Positions 29,426-38,652 of a stretch of DNA of 51,420 nucleotides are shown piece after piece. Position 1 is the first letter of the stretch; each line of letters starts with the position of its first letter. This stretch comes from Bacteroidales bacterium. GTDB taxonomy: Bacteria; Bacteroidota; Bacteroidia; Bacteroidales; UBA12077. The translations under genes were made by a program, and so were the position numbers. Location of the stretch: contig JAGXLC010000001.1 of NCBI GenBank assembly GCA_018334875.1, positions 1-51,420 of the forward strand. Reading direction: 5' to 3'. The notes under the pieces were generated by a model that saw only the letters and a program-made list of their open reading frames with translations, did not search any database and was not told the DNA's origin.

Positions 29426-29665
29426 GTTTTTTACCCCGAATTATTTTTAATAATTTTTTGACGCTATAAAATGCAGTGGTTTATTTCGTCAAAGGAAAAT
29501 GCACGTTTATCTACAAAAAATGACGTTTAGTAAAAACATCAGGAATGTTTCACCTTCTCTGTAGATGTTTTCGTTTCTTTGTTATTGGAATTGAACGACC
29601 CGATTGTTTAGTGTCGGTTTTCGGATCTATGAGGACAACCATCTGAAATCCAAACAAACAGTATT

Positions 29666-30019
29666 ATGAGGTGGTTATTTTTAATTTTGATTTTGGCAAT
29701 TGCCTTTAATAGTGCAATTGCTGAAAGGCCTCCTGCAACTTATATGGGTCTTAAGGCAAAATGCAGGAGTATGTCTGAGAAGGAAAAACAGGTGGTTTAT
29801 ATCCGGAAACAGGTTATTGTGGGTGTAGCAACTGGCGCTGCCATTTTTGCAATGAACGAATATTTTATCTGGACCCGGAATGATGCTTTCCATAGTGTTA
29901 TGCCTTACTTTGCAGTAGCTTACACCATGTATCAAACCGTTAACATCATTATTGGCAAGTCGGTTGGTGAACAGTGGGACATTACAGAAAACGGAGGCCT
30001 AACTTTCTATCTGTTTTAA
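29666..30019 (+). CDS. small hypothetical membrane protein
   Basis: 117-aa ORF with N-terminal signal/TM segment MRWLFLILILAIAFNSAIA and two further hydrophobic segments. No family recognised. Confidence 0.45.
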   Translation: MRWLFLILILAIAFNSAIAERPPATYMGLKAKCRSMSEKEKQVVYIRKQVIVGVATGAAIFAMNEYFIWTRNDAFHSVMPYFAVAYTMYQTVNIIIGKSVGEQWDITENGGLTFYLF

Positions 30020-30071
30020 TTTTTTTTAAAAGGGCAGTGTTGCTGCATCTCATTCTGCATCAGAATGTTTT

Positions 30072-31211
30072 TTAAGGTAGTCTTTCTACGCTCATGTAAT
30101 AATAAATACCTCTTTCTCTCAGATAGTTCATAATGAATGGGAAAAATTCCTTTTCCTTGCCTAAAATTTCAGGGGGTTGGACCCCTTTTAATTTACATTG
30201 TTTTTCATCGAGCAGGTTAATGACTGCTGTTGCAGTGAATCCTGTTGTCCTTCCCATCGAACTCAGACCGGTTTCTTTGTTGTATTCATCATACATATCG
30301 TAAATAAACCGGGAACGCTCCTTATTCGTGGTCCCTTCCATGGTTACACGCATTATAGTAAACTCTTCTTCTTCCGGTTTAAGCTCCCATTCGCGCATCA
30401 ATACCTTGTTGGTTACATCAATGGGTCGGACCTTCTGATCCCCTACGTTGATCTCTTGTTTGTCAAAGAAACCCGATTGTTTAAGGGCTTCTATCATTCG
30501 GATATGCCCCGGATAACGGAGTGTCTTCTCTTTCATGTGGGGAATGTGGCTCATGGTTTTAAGCAGGGAGCGAAGCCCGTCCGTGTTGAAAGCCTCCAGG
30601 TGACCTATGTTTCTGAAGTATACCATTTCGGCATCACTCATGGCTGGTTTGGTAACCAGATCTCCGTACTCTTTGATCCTGGCCGGGCGAAAATATTCTT
30701 CCAGCACATCAATGGGAGAAAAAGGGGCTTTGTAATCGAATGGAAATTTGCGTTCTTTTGGTAAGCCGCCTACCATATATTCGAAGCGTTCCACTTGCAT
30801 CTCATGGCTGTGAAACCCCAGAATGATGTTGGGCATTCCCGGTGCCACACCGCAATCCGCAATGGCTGTAACACCATTTTGTTTTGCCTTTTCATCAAGC
30901 TGCATAAAATCTTCGGGCATGAATGAGATATCCACCACATCTTTTCCGCTTTCAATGACTGCTTCCAGCGTATTGTAGCCCATAAATCCAGGCACGGCGG
31001 AAACCACATAGTCAGCGTCCGTCACTACTTCTTTAATATTTTGGGGGTTATTTAAGTATTTTTGTATGGGTTTTACTCCATACTTTTCATGGCAGTAGTT
31101 TAAAGCCTTTTCGTCAACATCTACGGCAGTTACCTGGTATTTTTCGGAAAGATCGGCGACGATTGCTTTTCCAACCATTCCTGTACCCAGAACAGTTATT
31201 TTCTTTTTCAT
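30072..31211 (-). CDS. saccharopine dehydrogenase family NAD(P)-binding oxidoreductase
   Basis: N-terminal Rossmann motif KITVLGTGMVGKAI. The 379-aa length and overall pattern match saccharopine-dehydrogenase-like proteins. Confidence 0.7.
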   Translation of the reverse strand: MKKKITVLGTGMVGKAIVADLSEKYQVTAVDVDEKALNYCHEKYGVKPIQKYLNNPQNIKEVVTDADYVVSAVPGFMGYNTLEAVIESGKDVVDISFMPEDFMQLDEKAKQNGVTAIADCGVAPGMPNIILGFHSHEMQVERFEYMVGGLPKERKFPFDYKAPFSPIDVLEEYFRPARIKEYGDLVTKPAMSDAEMVYFRNIGHLEAFNTDGLRSLLKTMSHIPHMKEKTLRYPGHIRMIEALKQSGFFDKQEINVGDQKVRPIDVTNKVLMREWELKPEEEEFTIMRVTMEGTTNKERSRFIYDMYDEYNKETGLSSMGRTTGFTATAVINLLDEKQCKLKGVQPPEILGKEKEFFPFIMNYLRERGIYYYMSVERLP

Positions 31212-31243
31212 AGAAAATGCATTTTAATTCAGGATGTATAATA

Positions 31244-31251
31244 CAAATTTA
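31244..31251 (-). promoter_or_regulatory. candidate -7 box TAAATTTG on the minus strand
   Basis: Plus-strand CAAATTTA, 33 nt upstream of the 31211 start codon. Confidence 0.35.
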
Positions 31252-31400
31252 CATTTTTTTATGGCTTATTGGCCAATATCAAAAACATGGCAGCCTCTGA
31301 AAAAAATTATACACCTTAAAATTAATAAATTTTAAAACACATTCGGCAATTAAAGTTTAACCATTTTTTTTATACTTGTTCCCGGTTAAAAAAAGAGATT

Positions 31401-31841
31401 ATGAAGCGATACGATCCGCAGATGCACACAGCCGAACACATTCTGAACCAGACGATGATCCGTATGTTTGGCTGTGACCGGTGTTTTGCCATGCACCTGG
31501 AAAAGAAGAAGAGCAAATGCGATTACTATTTCAACCGTCCGCTCACTGAAGATGAGGAAGAGCAGATTCAGGACAAGGTAAACCGGGTGATCAATCTGGG
31601 ATTGCCGGTAACTGAAAAACACATAGATATGTCGGAAGCAGGCCACCTTTATGATATTTCCAAATTACCTGAACAGGATCTTCATTCTGTTCGTATTGTG
31701 ATGGTAGGAGATTACGATGCCTGTCCCTGTATTGGCGAGCATGTATCGAATACTGCCGAGATCGGTGAATTTCGCATCACTACTACAAGTTTTGAGAATG
31801 GCGTTCTGAGGATCCGGTTCAAGCTGGATAAAAGCAAATAG
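31401..31841 (+). CDS. alaX: stand-alone alanyl-tRNA editing protein (AlaX-S-like, tRNA_SAD domain)
   Basis: Zinc-binding HxxxH (HTAEHIL) and CxxxH (CPCIGEH) motifs. 146 aa. Confidence 0.8.
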   Translation: MKRYDPQMHTAEHILNQTMIRMFGCDRCFAMHLEKKKSKCDYYFNRPLTEDEEEQIQDKVNRVINLGLPVTEKHIDMSEAGHLYDISKLPEQDLHSVRIVMVGDYDACPCIGEHVSNTAEIGEFRITTTSFENGVLRIRFKLDKSK

Positions 31842-31984
31842 TTAAAAATTAATGATTTCCGGTAAGTATTTTTTGCAGGGAACTTCTTGCGCAAAAAAAT
31901 TCGAATATCCTTAACCCCGCATTAGAAAAACCGGCTTTTTGCGAGATTTATTGAAGCAAAAAACCAGGTTTTTCAATAGCGTCA

Positions 31985-32004
31985 GAATTATTCTTGAATA
32001 ATTC
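31985..32004. repeat. 20-nt AT-rich palindrome GAATTATTC-TT-GAATAATTC
   Basis: Perfect 9-bp arms, 3 nt downstream of the MBOAT stop codon. A near-identical palindrome occurs at 49631-49650. Confidence 0.6.
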
Positions 32005-32007
32005 GGG

Positions 32008-33543
32008 TTAAAACTTAAAGTATATAAACGGCTGTATTGCTGCTGATTTTACCTGATATATGATGATCACCAAAAGGAGTACGGCCAATACTTTCACTAC
32101 CCATGGGGTTTGGATGAACCATCCCCTGTACCGTTCTTTGAAGCTGGCAGGAAGCCAGTGCAGAATGAATCCAGCCGCAATCACTCCGAATATTTCCTGA
32201 TAGGAAATGATTATCCGGGGAATCAGCTCGGCTTCGAAATTGTAGAGTATCTGACTGATCATCTGGTTGGCTTTGCGCATATTCTGGGAGCGGAAAAAAA
32301 TCCAGGCGGCTGTAACAACATGGAATGTAATAAATACGGAAAAAAATCTGTTCAGGCGGCTTCTTTTATAGATGGGATGATAATGGGGATATAGATTTTT
32401 CATCAGTGACATCCATAGTTTATGGATGACCAGCGCGACTCCGTGTATTCCGCCCCAGATAATAAACCGAAGATGTGCCCCGTGCCATAATCCACCCAGC
32501 AACATGGTAATCATGATGTTGATGTGGCGGCGAAGTTTCCCTTTTTTGTTACCTCCCAGCGGAATATAAAGGTAATCCCGCAGCCATGAAGACAGGGATA
32601 TATGCCACCTCTTCCAAAAATCGGTTACACTGATGGCCTTATAGGGAGAATTAAAGTTTACGGGCAAACGAAATCCCAGGAGAAGGGCCACGCCAATGGC
32701 AATATCCGTATAACCGGAAAAATCGCAATAAATCTGAAGCGAATAGCCATATACAGCCATTGCATTTTCAAATCCGCTATAGGAAAGAGGTGCTTCAAAA
32801 ACCCGGTCAACATAATTAATGGAGATGTAATCGGAAATCAGCATTTTTTTTATCAGCCCGGTCATGATCAGAAAGAGCGCATGCGAAAACTCCCGTTGGG
32901 TGAGTTTGAATTTCTGATAAAGCTGTGGTACGAATTCCGCCGCTCTGACAATCGGACCGGCAACAAGCTGTGGGAAGAACGATACATAGAAGCCGAAATC
33001 AATGATGTTGTTCACCGGCTTGATCTTCCCCCGGTATATATCCACCGTATAGCTGATGGTTTGAAATGTGTAGAAAGATATCCCTACCGGAAGGATGATG
33101 GTACTGACATCAAAATTGGTTTCTGCGAGTTGATTTGAGAATTGAGCCAACAGGTTCACAACCTCGTAGTTGGTATCGAATATCCTGTTGATCATGTTAA
33201 TAAAAAAATAGCTGTATTTGAAGTAGGAAAGCACTCCCAGATTGATGATCACACTGGTGGCGACGAATAGTTTCTTTTTCATCCTGCTGTTTGCCTGATA
33301 TATAAGATGTCCCAGTGTATAGTCTGCGATCGTTGAGAATATCAGAAGTGTGAAAAAATAACCGCTCGATTGATAATAGAAGAAGAGGCTCATCACAAAA
33401 AGATAGGCATTGCGAATGGCACGCCTGCGATACAGTATGCTGTAAAAGGCCAGAAGTACGGTAAAGAAAGCCCAAAAATAAAGCCTTGTGAAAAGCATGG
33501 GCTTTTCCTCGGAATACATCAGTATTTCTTTCAGATACTCCAC
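32008..33543 (-). CDS. MBOAT family O-acyltransferase (AlgI/PatA/DltB-like)
   Basis: Multi-pass membrane protein with FWKRWHISLSSWLRDYLYIPLGGN and the conserved His in GGLWHGA. Confidence 0.88.
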   Translation of the reverse strand: MEYLKEILMYSEEKPMLFTRLYFWAFFTVLLAFYSILYRRRAIRNAYLFVMSLFFYYQSSGYFFTLLIFSTIADYTLGHLIYQANSRMKKKLFVATSVIINLGVLSYFKYSYFFINMINRIFDTNYEVVNLLAQFSNQLAETNFDVSTIILPVGISFYTFQTISYTVDIYRGKIKPVNNIIDFGFYVSFFPQLVAGPIVRAAEFVPQLYQKFKLTQREFSHALFLIMTGLIKKMLISDYISINYVDRVFEAPLSYSGFENAMAVYGYSLQIYCDFSGYTDIAIGVALLLGFRLPVNFNSPYKAISVTDFWKRWHISLSSWLRDYLYIPLGGNKKGKLRRHINIMITMLLGGLWHGAHLRFIIWGGIHGVALVIHKLWMSLMKNLYPHYHPIYKRSRLNRFFSVFITFHVVTAAWIFFRSQNMRKANQMISQILYNFEAELIPRIIISYQEIFGVIAAGFILHWLPASFKERYRGWFIQTPWVVKVLAVLLLVIIIYQVKSAAIQPFIYFKF

Positions 33544-33552
33544 AAGTCGGGC

Positions 33553-34797
33553 TTAAGGGTTCAAAAGATCCTTTGCAAAAAATGAATGGAAATTGCTCAA
33601 AAAAGCATCAAAGAAGAGGTTGGCTTTGAGCTGGTAACCATCTTTATTCAGGTGAAGTTTGTCGCTGGCTGTAAGGTTTTCCTTGCTCCAGTGGTTAATT
33701 GCCCCGGTATCTCCCATAATTCTGTAGAAATCCCAATATCCGCAGTTAAATTCGTTGGCTGCCCGGATAATCTGCTCCCTGGCTATACGGTTGTTCGGAT
33801 TTTTATATTTCCCTTCTCTTAGTGTATTGCCGGGAGTTGTAAGGAGTATCCATGCATTGCCGGTATTTTTTCTAATGGTGGTGATCAGCTTTGTCAGATT
33901 TCTATAAAATGACTGGCCGTTGAACTTACGGTTATAAGCCTCATTGGTTCCCAGGGAGATGATGACCCAGTCGGGTTGAAGTTTTTTCAGATGCAGGGGC
34001 ATAAGGTCTGACTTGAGATAGGACCGGGCTGTAGCTCCATTTACCCCTATGCCGTGATAATTGAGTGCACGGTCTTTATGTTTGATTACAATTCCCGATA
34101 ATCGAAACCAACTACTGTCCCTGGTTTTTATTTTTCGAACCCTCAGGGTGAGCGAATCTGCAGGTTGTTCAAATTGAATGCTGGTAACATTGGTATCGGT
34201 GCGGCTTTTTATGGGTTTTCCATTAATGCGGAGGTTGTAGGTTGAATCCGGATAATTGCAGAATAATTCCGTCTTTTTGATCCGATAATTGAGATAGGGA
34301 AAATAGTCTTTGATCTTAATCTTCAGTGTGGCCAGGGTATCCCTGGTTTTTAGGTTGATACCCGACAGGCCCAGTTGGCTGCAGGAATTATTTTCCACAG
34401 CTCTGCAGGAGGACCATTTTCCGGAAGACACAGTATGATAATGTCCCGGGTTGTTGGTTTGTGCAGCATGGTAAGGGAAGATAAACCCCAGATTGGCAGA
34501 TGAAGTGTTACTGAAATAGTGGTGGAAGTTTTTCCTGATCTCATTGGAATAAAAACCTGCCTGCAAATGGGAATCACCCATATGTAGTATGTTAACGGGA
34601 ATGGTATCTGTATGGCATGATTTACTGAATTTTTTCATCAAATTCCTGTAATGAAGCGTATCCTCAATATTTTTGAATCGATTTTCCTGTAAATTTAAAA
34701 ATTTATAATGAAAATAATTGTTTTGGGAAGACGAACTGCTTATCAGAAGTAAAATAAAAAGAGCTGCAAAGCAGAGTATCCGTATCATCTTATTCAT
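33553..34797 (-). CDS. SGNH/GDSL hydrolase family protein, secreted (Ape1/PatB-like architecture)
   Basis: Signal peptide. Block I is HMGDSHL (Ser76), block III is GTNE, block V is DKLH (Asp379/His382). About 300 aa separate block I from block V, which suggests an inserted domain. Confidence 0.8.
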   Translation of the reverse strand: MNKMIRILCFAALFILLLISSSSSQNNYFHYKFLNLQENRFKNIEDTLHYRNLMKKFSKSCHTDTIPVNILHMGDSHLQAGFYSNEIRKNFHHYFSNTSSANLGFIFPYHAAQTNNPGHYHTVSSGKWSSCRAVENNSCSQLGLSGINLKTRDTLATLKIKIKDYFPYLNYRIKKTELFCNYPDSTYNLRINGKPIKSRTDTNVTSIQFEQPADSLTLRVRKIKTRDSSWFRLSGIVIKHKDRALNYHGIGVNGATARSYLKSDLMPLHLKKLQPDWVIISLGTNEAYNRKFNGQSFYRNLTKLITTIRKNTGNAWILLTTPGNTLREGKYKNPNNRIAREQIIRAANEFNCGYWDFYRIMGDTGAINHWSKENLTASDKLHLNKDGYQLKANLFFDAFLSNFHSFFAKDLLNP

Positions 34798-36338
34798 TTG
34801 CCTTCTACTTTGGTGTTTAAGGTTTGTTTATTTTGTTTGTATTCACGATAATCGTGCATAAGGGCTTTATAAAACATTTTGGATATGACCACTGAGCCTT
34901 TGTAGGTAAAATGGGTAAAATCTTTTCTGGCCAATGGAGGATCGGCGAATACCCATCCCGGCATTGAATTTTTTCCTCCCATTGCTTCATAGGTATCCCA
35001 AAAAGCACAACCTGCCCGGAATGCTGCTTTTTTCTGGGCATCCCTTATTTTGGGAATATTGGGGTAGGACTCATATTCGCCTCTTTTTTTTCTTGACATA
35101 TCCGTAACACCCATAACAATGACCGACAGATCCTGGTCGAATGATTTAAACATCCTGAGCTGATTGTATAATCTTTCTTCATAGAAATCGTAATTATCGC
35201 GCACCACAGGAACGATATTCACACCAAAATGGAGAATAATAAGTTTTATATTGAATTTGTTGAACATAGACCTGAAGAAGGCGGTGTCGGATTTTGTAAA
35301 GTCTGTTCCACTGCTGCCCCGCAGGGGTATATTATCTAACGCAACCCCTTGCTCCCCGTCTAGTGCGATGCCATATATATTGGGGCTGTGGTTCCCCTGA
35401 AACCCTAGCGTAAACTCTTCGACCGTTTTCGGTATTTCCCATTTTACTTCCTTTAATGAGTTAGAGGCGGGTCTTATATCTGCGTCCGCTGTTTTTCCCT
35501 CATAATTCATCTTTGCGATAAAAGGCTCTTCATTATAGCCATAAAAGATCCTGCACTGGGTATATTCCGAGGCGAGATCGAATGCAATTGACGAAGAACG
35601 AATGTTGAGCCGGGCTTTATACACTTCATCCTGATGATGACTGTAATAGGGAGAAAACCTCGAAAACGACATGAGCACACCAAACCGTTTATGATTGAAA
35701 TTGGCCTGATTCAAATCTTTAAGTGTGTAACGCTCCCAGTTGCCTGAATGGGAATGGTTTAATGAAATGTTTGTATTGCCTGGCAATACAAGGGGAAACA
35801 ATCCAATACCCCCACCACCGAATTTTTTTTGCAGTTGATTTCTGATATATGAGGATATTCGATCTCCCTCAATCTGGGAATCCCCATAATGTAGTATTCT
35901 GATCAGTTCATTATTATGATGTAGGTTTGTCAGTGAACGGAAAAAAGGATACAAAACGTGGGGATCGTTTTCCGGATATTGTAGTAGATTTACCTTTGCC
36001 GCTCTTTTATCCTGCCTGACCTGGTTTATGGTATCGGTAAGAGCCGTATCCGCCGAGTCTTTTGAAGAAACCAATGTATCCTTTTCAGCGGTTCCGGCTG
36101 TTGTGTCCCGGATATCCGGCGCCACGGTATCTACATACATGTTGTCTTGTACTTGTATAATATCGGATATGTCTTTATATTCTGTTTCCCGGGGAGCAAG
36201 CAACTGCTTCCAGGAAGGAAACTTTACTGTGAAACCGGGGATAATCTGAATGCCATCGCGGGGATAGTAATAGGAGATGAAAACAATAAGGGCCAGGATA
36301 GTAAGAAAGGTCAGAAAGATTTTATAAGGTTTCATCAT
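34794..36338 (-). CDS. SGNH/GDSL hydrolase family protein, N-terminally membrane-anchored
   Basis: N-terminal TM helix. Block I is HYGDSQIEG (Ser154), block V is DFTH (Asp473/His476). It is a paralogue of the downstream SGNH gene and shares a 4-nt ATGA overlap with it. Confidence 0.8.
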   Translation of the reverse strand: MMKPYKIFLTFLTILALIVFISYYYPRDGIQIIPGFTVKFPSWKQLLAPRETEYKDISDIIQVQDNMYVDTVAPDIRDTTAGTAEKDTLVSSKDSADTALTDTINQVRQDKRAAKVNLLQYPENDPHVLYPFFRSLTNLHHNNELIRILHYGDSQIEGDRISSYIRNQLQKKFGGGGIGLFPLVLPGNTNISLNHSHSGNWERYTLKDLNQANFNHKRFGVLMSFSRFSPYYSHHQDEVYKARLNIRSSSIAFDLASEYTQCRIFYGYNEEPFIAKMNYEGKTADADIRPASNSLKEVKWEIPKTVEEFTLGFQGNHSPNIYGIALDGEQGVALDNIPLRGSSGTDFTKSDTAFFRSMFNKFNIKLIILHFGVNIVPVVRDNYDFYEERLYNQLRMFKSFDQDLSVIVMGVTDMSRKKRGEYESYPNIPKIRDAQKKAAFRAGCAFWDTYEAMGGKNSMPGWVFADPPLARKDFTHFTYKGSVVISKMFYKALMHDYREYKQNKQTLNTKVEGK

Positions 36339-36450
36339 CCTGAGAAGGTTTTACGTTCGTAATCCCGGATTTTAGTTTATACCCATTATACCGTTTTTTA
36401 AACCGTAATGTTACGATATTGGGTTGATGAGGAAAGGCAGTATCCCGCGA

Positions 36451-38004
36451 TCAGGTGTTTTCCTTGATCTTTAAATACTGCCCCGCTTTTATTTTCCGTG
36501 CATTGGGAAGATTGTTCAGTTTTATGATATCTTTTTCAGTAACACCCGGGTATTTTCTGGCAATATCCCATAAAGTATCTCCATATTTGACTTTATAGTA
36601 TATATAATCTTTATCAAGATCATCCTTTTCTTTGATTTGGGTTTGGGTTTGGGTTTCGACAGGGGCTCCGGCTATTTGTTGTTTTTCTTCGAACGACATT
36701 GAGTTGAGCTTTTCATAGTAATTTTTCCTGTTTTTAGGGACATAAACTACCAGTTTCTGACCTGTGCGAATCATGCTGCCCCGGAGGTTATTCCATCGTC
36801 TTAATTGAGAGGCTCTTACATTAAACCATTCGGCAATGTAGCCCAGGTTATCACCGGATTTTACTTCATAATAAACTTTGGCTTTTCCTGTGGGAGTCTG
36901 CTGAACAAAATTTGATCTCCGGGGATTTTTGAGGATGTCTTCCCGGAAGAAGACAGAGTCTTTATAACTGTATATAGAATCCTGAAGTTCAATAAATTTA
37001 CCTGTGTTTTCCATGGGCAGTTTCAGAGAAAAGGTATGTTGACCGGAGGCCGGTATAAGGTTTTTTCTGTATTGTGGGTTGAGGTCCTGCAAGTGTTTGA
37101 GAGGAATGTTAAGTACCTGGGAAACCTGTTCGAGGTGCAATTTTTGACGCACGTGAAGTGTATCGGTCAGGTAGGGTAAGTCAATTTTATCCCGGTATAG
37201 GTCGTGATCTTCATGATAATTCATCATATACATTACTGCCACCAGCGCAGGATAATAGCCTCTCGTTTCGTAGGGCAGGTAATAATAAATATCCCAGAAA
37301 TTTTTCTTCCCTCCCGATCGGTATATTGCTTTTCTTACATTGGTGGGTCCGCAATTGTAAGCAGAAATTGCCAGATCCCATTCTCCAAAAATCTCATAAA
37401 GGTCTTTCAGGTATTTTGCTGCCGCGTGGGTGGACTTCGTAGGGTCCCTGCGTTCATCTACAAAGGAGTTTATGGTCAGTCCATAGAGTTTACCAGTTCC
37501 ATACATAAACTGCCATAAACCTGTGGCTCCTGCTCTGCTTACTGCCCCCGGATGGAGAGCAGACTCAACCACTGCCAGATATTTCAGCTCATGTGGTAAT
37601 CCGTATTGATCAAATACTTTCTCAAAAATCGGAAAGTAATGTTCCTTAAGCCCCAGCATGATTTTAACTTTGTCCCTTCGTTCAACGGTATACACATGGA
37701 TAAAATTCCTGATAATTTGATTGTAACTCAGTTCAATGGCTGATTGAATGTTGTTTATTCTTTCAATGTAAACTGAATCGGGGTAAACCGGAGCTGAAGT
37801 ATCGCCTTCGGAATATCCGGTTTCCTCGGTAATGAAGTCAGATTTTTCTATATAATATTGTTGAATGAGAGCATCCACGTTTTCGGCAAAATTTTTCTCA
37901 ATGGATTTCACTTCGGGATAAACCTCTTTCTGTGCTTCTGTTTTATTTGGGCAAGATACCAGTAAGGACCCGCCGACAACCAAAGTTATCAATAATCGAT
38001 TCAT
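36451..38004 (-). CDS. mltD: lytic murein transglycosylase with two LysM domains (MltD-like)
   Basis: SLT catalytic region (LKYLAVVESALHP ... GATGLWQFM ... AYNCG). Two C-terminal LysM repeats (YEVKSGDNLGYIAEWF; YKVKYGDTLWDIARKY). Confidence 0.88.
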   Translation of the reverse strand: MNRLLITLVVGGSLLVSCPNKTEAQKEVYPEVKSIEKNFAENVDALIQQYYIEKSDFITEETGYSEGDTSAPVYPDSVYIERINNIQSAIELSYNQIIRNFIHVYTVERRDKVKIMLGLKEHYFPIFEKVFDQYGLPHELKYLAVVESALHPGAVSRAGATGLWQFMYGTGKLYGLTINSFVDERRDPTKSTHAAAKYLKDLYEIFGEWDLAISAYNCGPTNVRKAIYRSGGKKNFWDIYYYLPYETRGYYPALVAVMYMMNYHEDHDLYRDKIDLPYLTDTLHVRQKLHLEQVSQVLNIPLKHLQDLNPQYRKNLIPASGQHTFSLKLPMENTGKFIELQDSIYSYKDSVFFREDILKNPRRSNFVQQTPTGKAKVYYEVKSGDNLGYIAEWFNVRASQLRRWNNLRGSMIRTGQKLVVYVPKNRKNYYEKLNSMSFEEKQQIAGAPVETQTQTQIKEKDDLDKDYIYYKVKYGDTLWDIARKYPGVTEKDIIKLNNLPNARKIKAGQYLKIKENT

Positions 38005-38040
38005 AGGGCTTTGAATTTAGTGCTGCTAAGTTAATAAATA

Positions 38041-38631
38041 TTAGAAATTGACGGAAAACTTTATGCCCGGAACCACATGATAATTTTTAGATTGGATCGG
38101 GGTTGGCCGGATATTAAGTGATAAGTCTTCGCTTACATCGAAGTTGAACATATATGCATCTACTGTGGCATCGATGATCTGAACTAGGTACCATCCCGCC
38201 ATAATGAGGACATTCATATCCCTGTTGCGGCGGTAGTAATCCTTCGCTCTCTTTAGCCCTTCTTCGGAAGTGATGCCTTTATATTCCTGAATTTCACCGT
38301 TTGCAAAGCGGGTAAAGGCGGTCTTGTATTCTTCATAAAAGGTGGCATTGAAGTCGTAAGCATAATAAATGACCCCTACTCCGACATAAACAATCGGTAC
38401 TTTCCAGATTTTGTTGTTATATACCTGTCCCATACCGGGAAAAGCAGCCGAAAGTAAGGCTGCCTTCCTCGGTGAATATTCATTATCAAGGGTGTCTGCT
38501 GGAGTTTCTTGAGCGGTGGTTGTATCGGGTTCCTGAGAATAACTAACACTTTGTCCAGCTATAGAAAAAAGCATTATAATAATTGCAACGCCAATCCATT
38601 TTTTCAAATCTGTTTTCCACAATTTCCCCAC
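38041..38631 (-). CDS. DUF5683 domain-containing membrane protein
   Basis: AALLSAAFPGMGQVYNNKIWKVPIVY motif, and a position between parB and mltD that I recall as typical in Bacteroidota. Confidence 0.7.
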   Translation of the reverse strand: MGKLWKTDLKKWIGVAIIIMLFSIAGQSVSYSQEPDTTTAQETPADTLDNEYSPRKAALLSAAFPGMGQVYNNKIWKVPIVYVGVGVIYYAYDFNATFYEEYKTAFTRFANGEIQEYKGITSEEGLKRAKDYYRRNRDMNVLIMAGWYLVQIIDATVDAYMFNFDVSEDLSLNIRPTPIQSKNYHVVPGIKFSVNF

Positions 38632-38652
38632 CTTTTTGATCTCAGGAACCTA

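Noticed and set aside
29386-30019. Genomic island integrated at tRNA-His
   Set aside because: There is no integrase and I saw no direct repeat of the tRNA 3' end. The only downstream content is one small ORF followed by housekeeping-type genes.
37143-37158. parS-like sequence TGACGCACGTGAAGTG near parAB
   Set aside because: It shares only the CACGTGAA core with the TGTTNCACGTGAAACA consensus, with about 5 mismatches, and it lies inside the mltD coding region. I could not find a convincing parS by eye.
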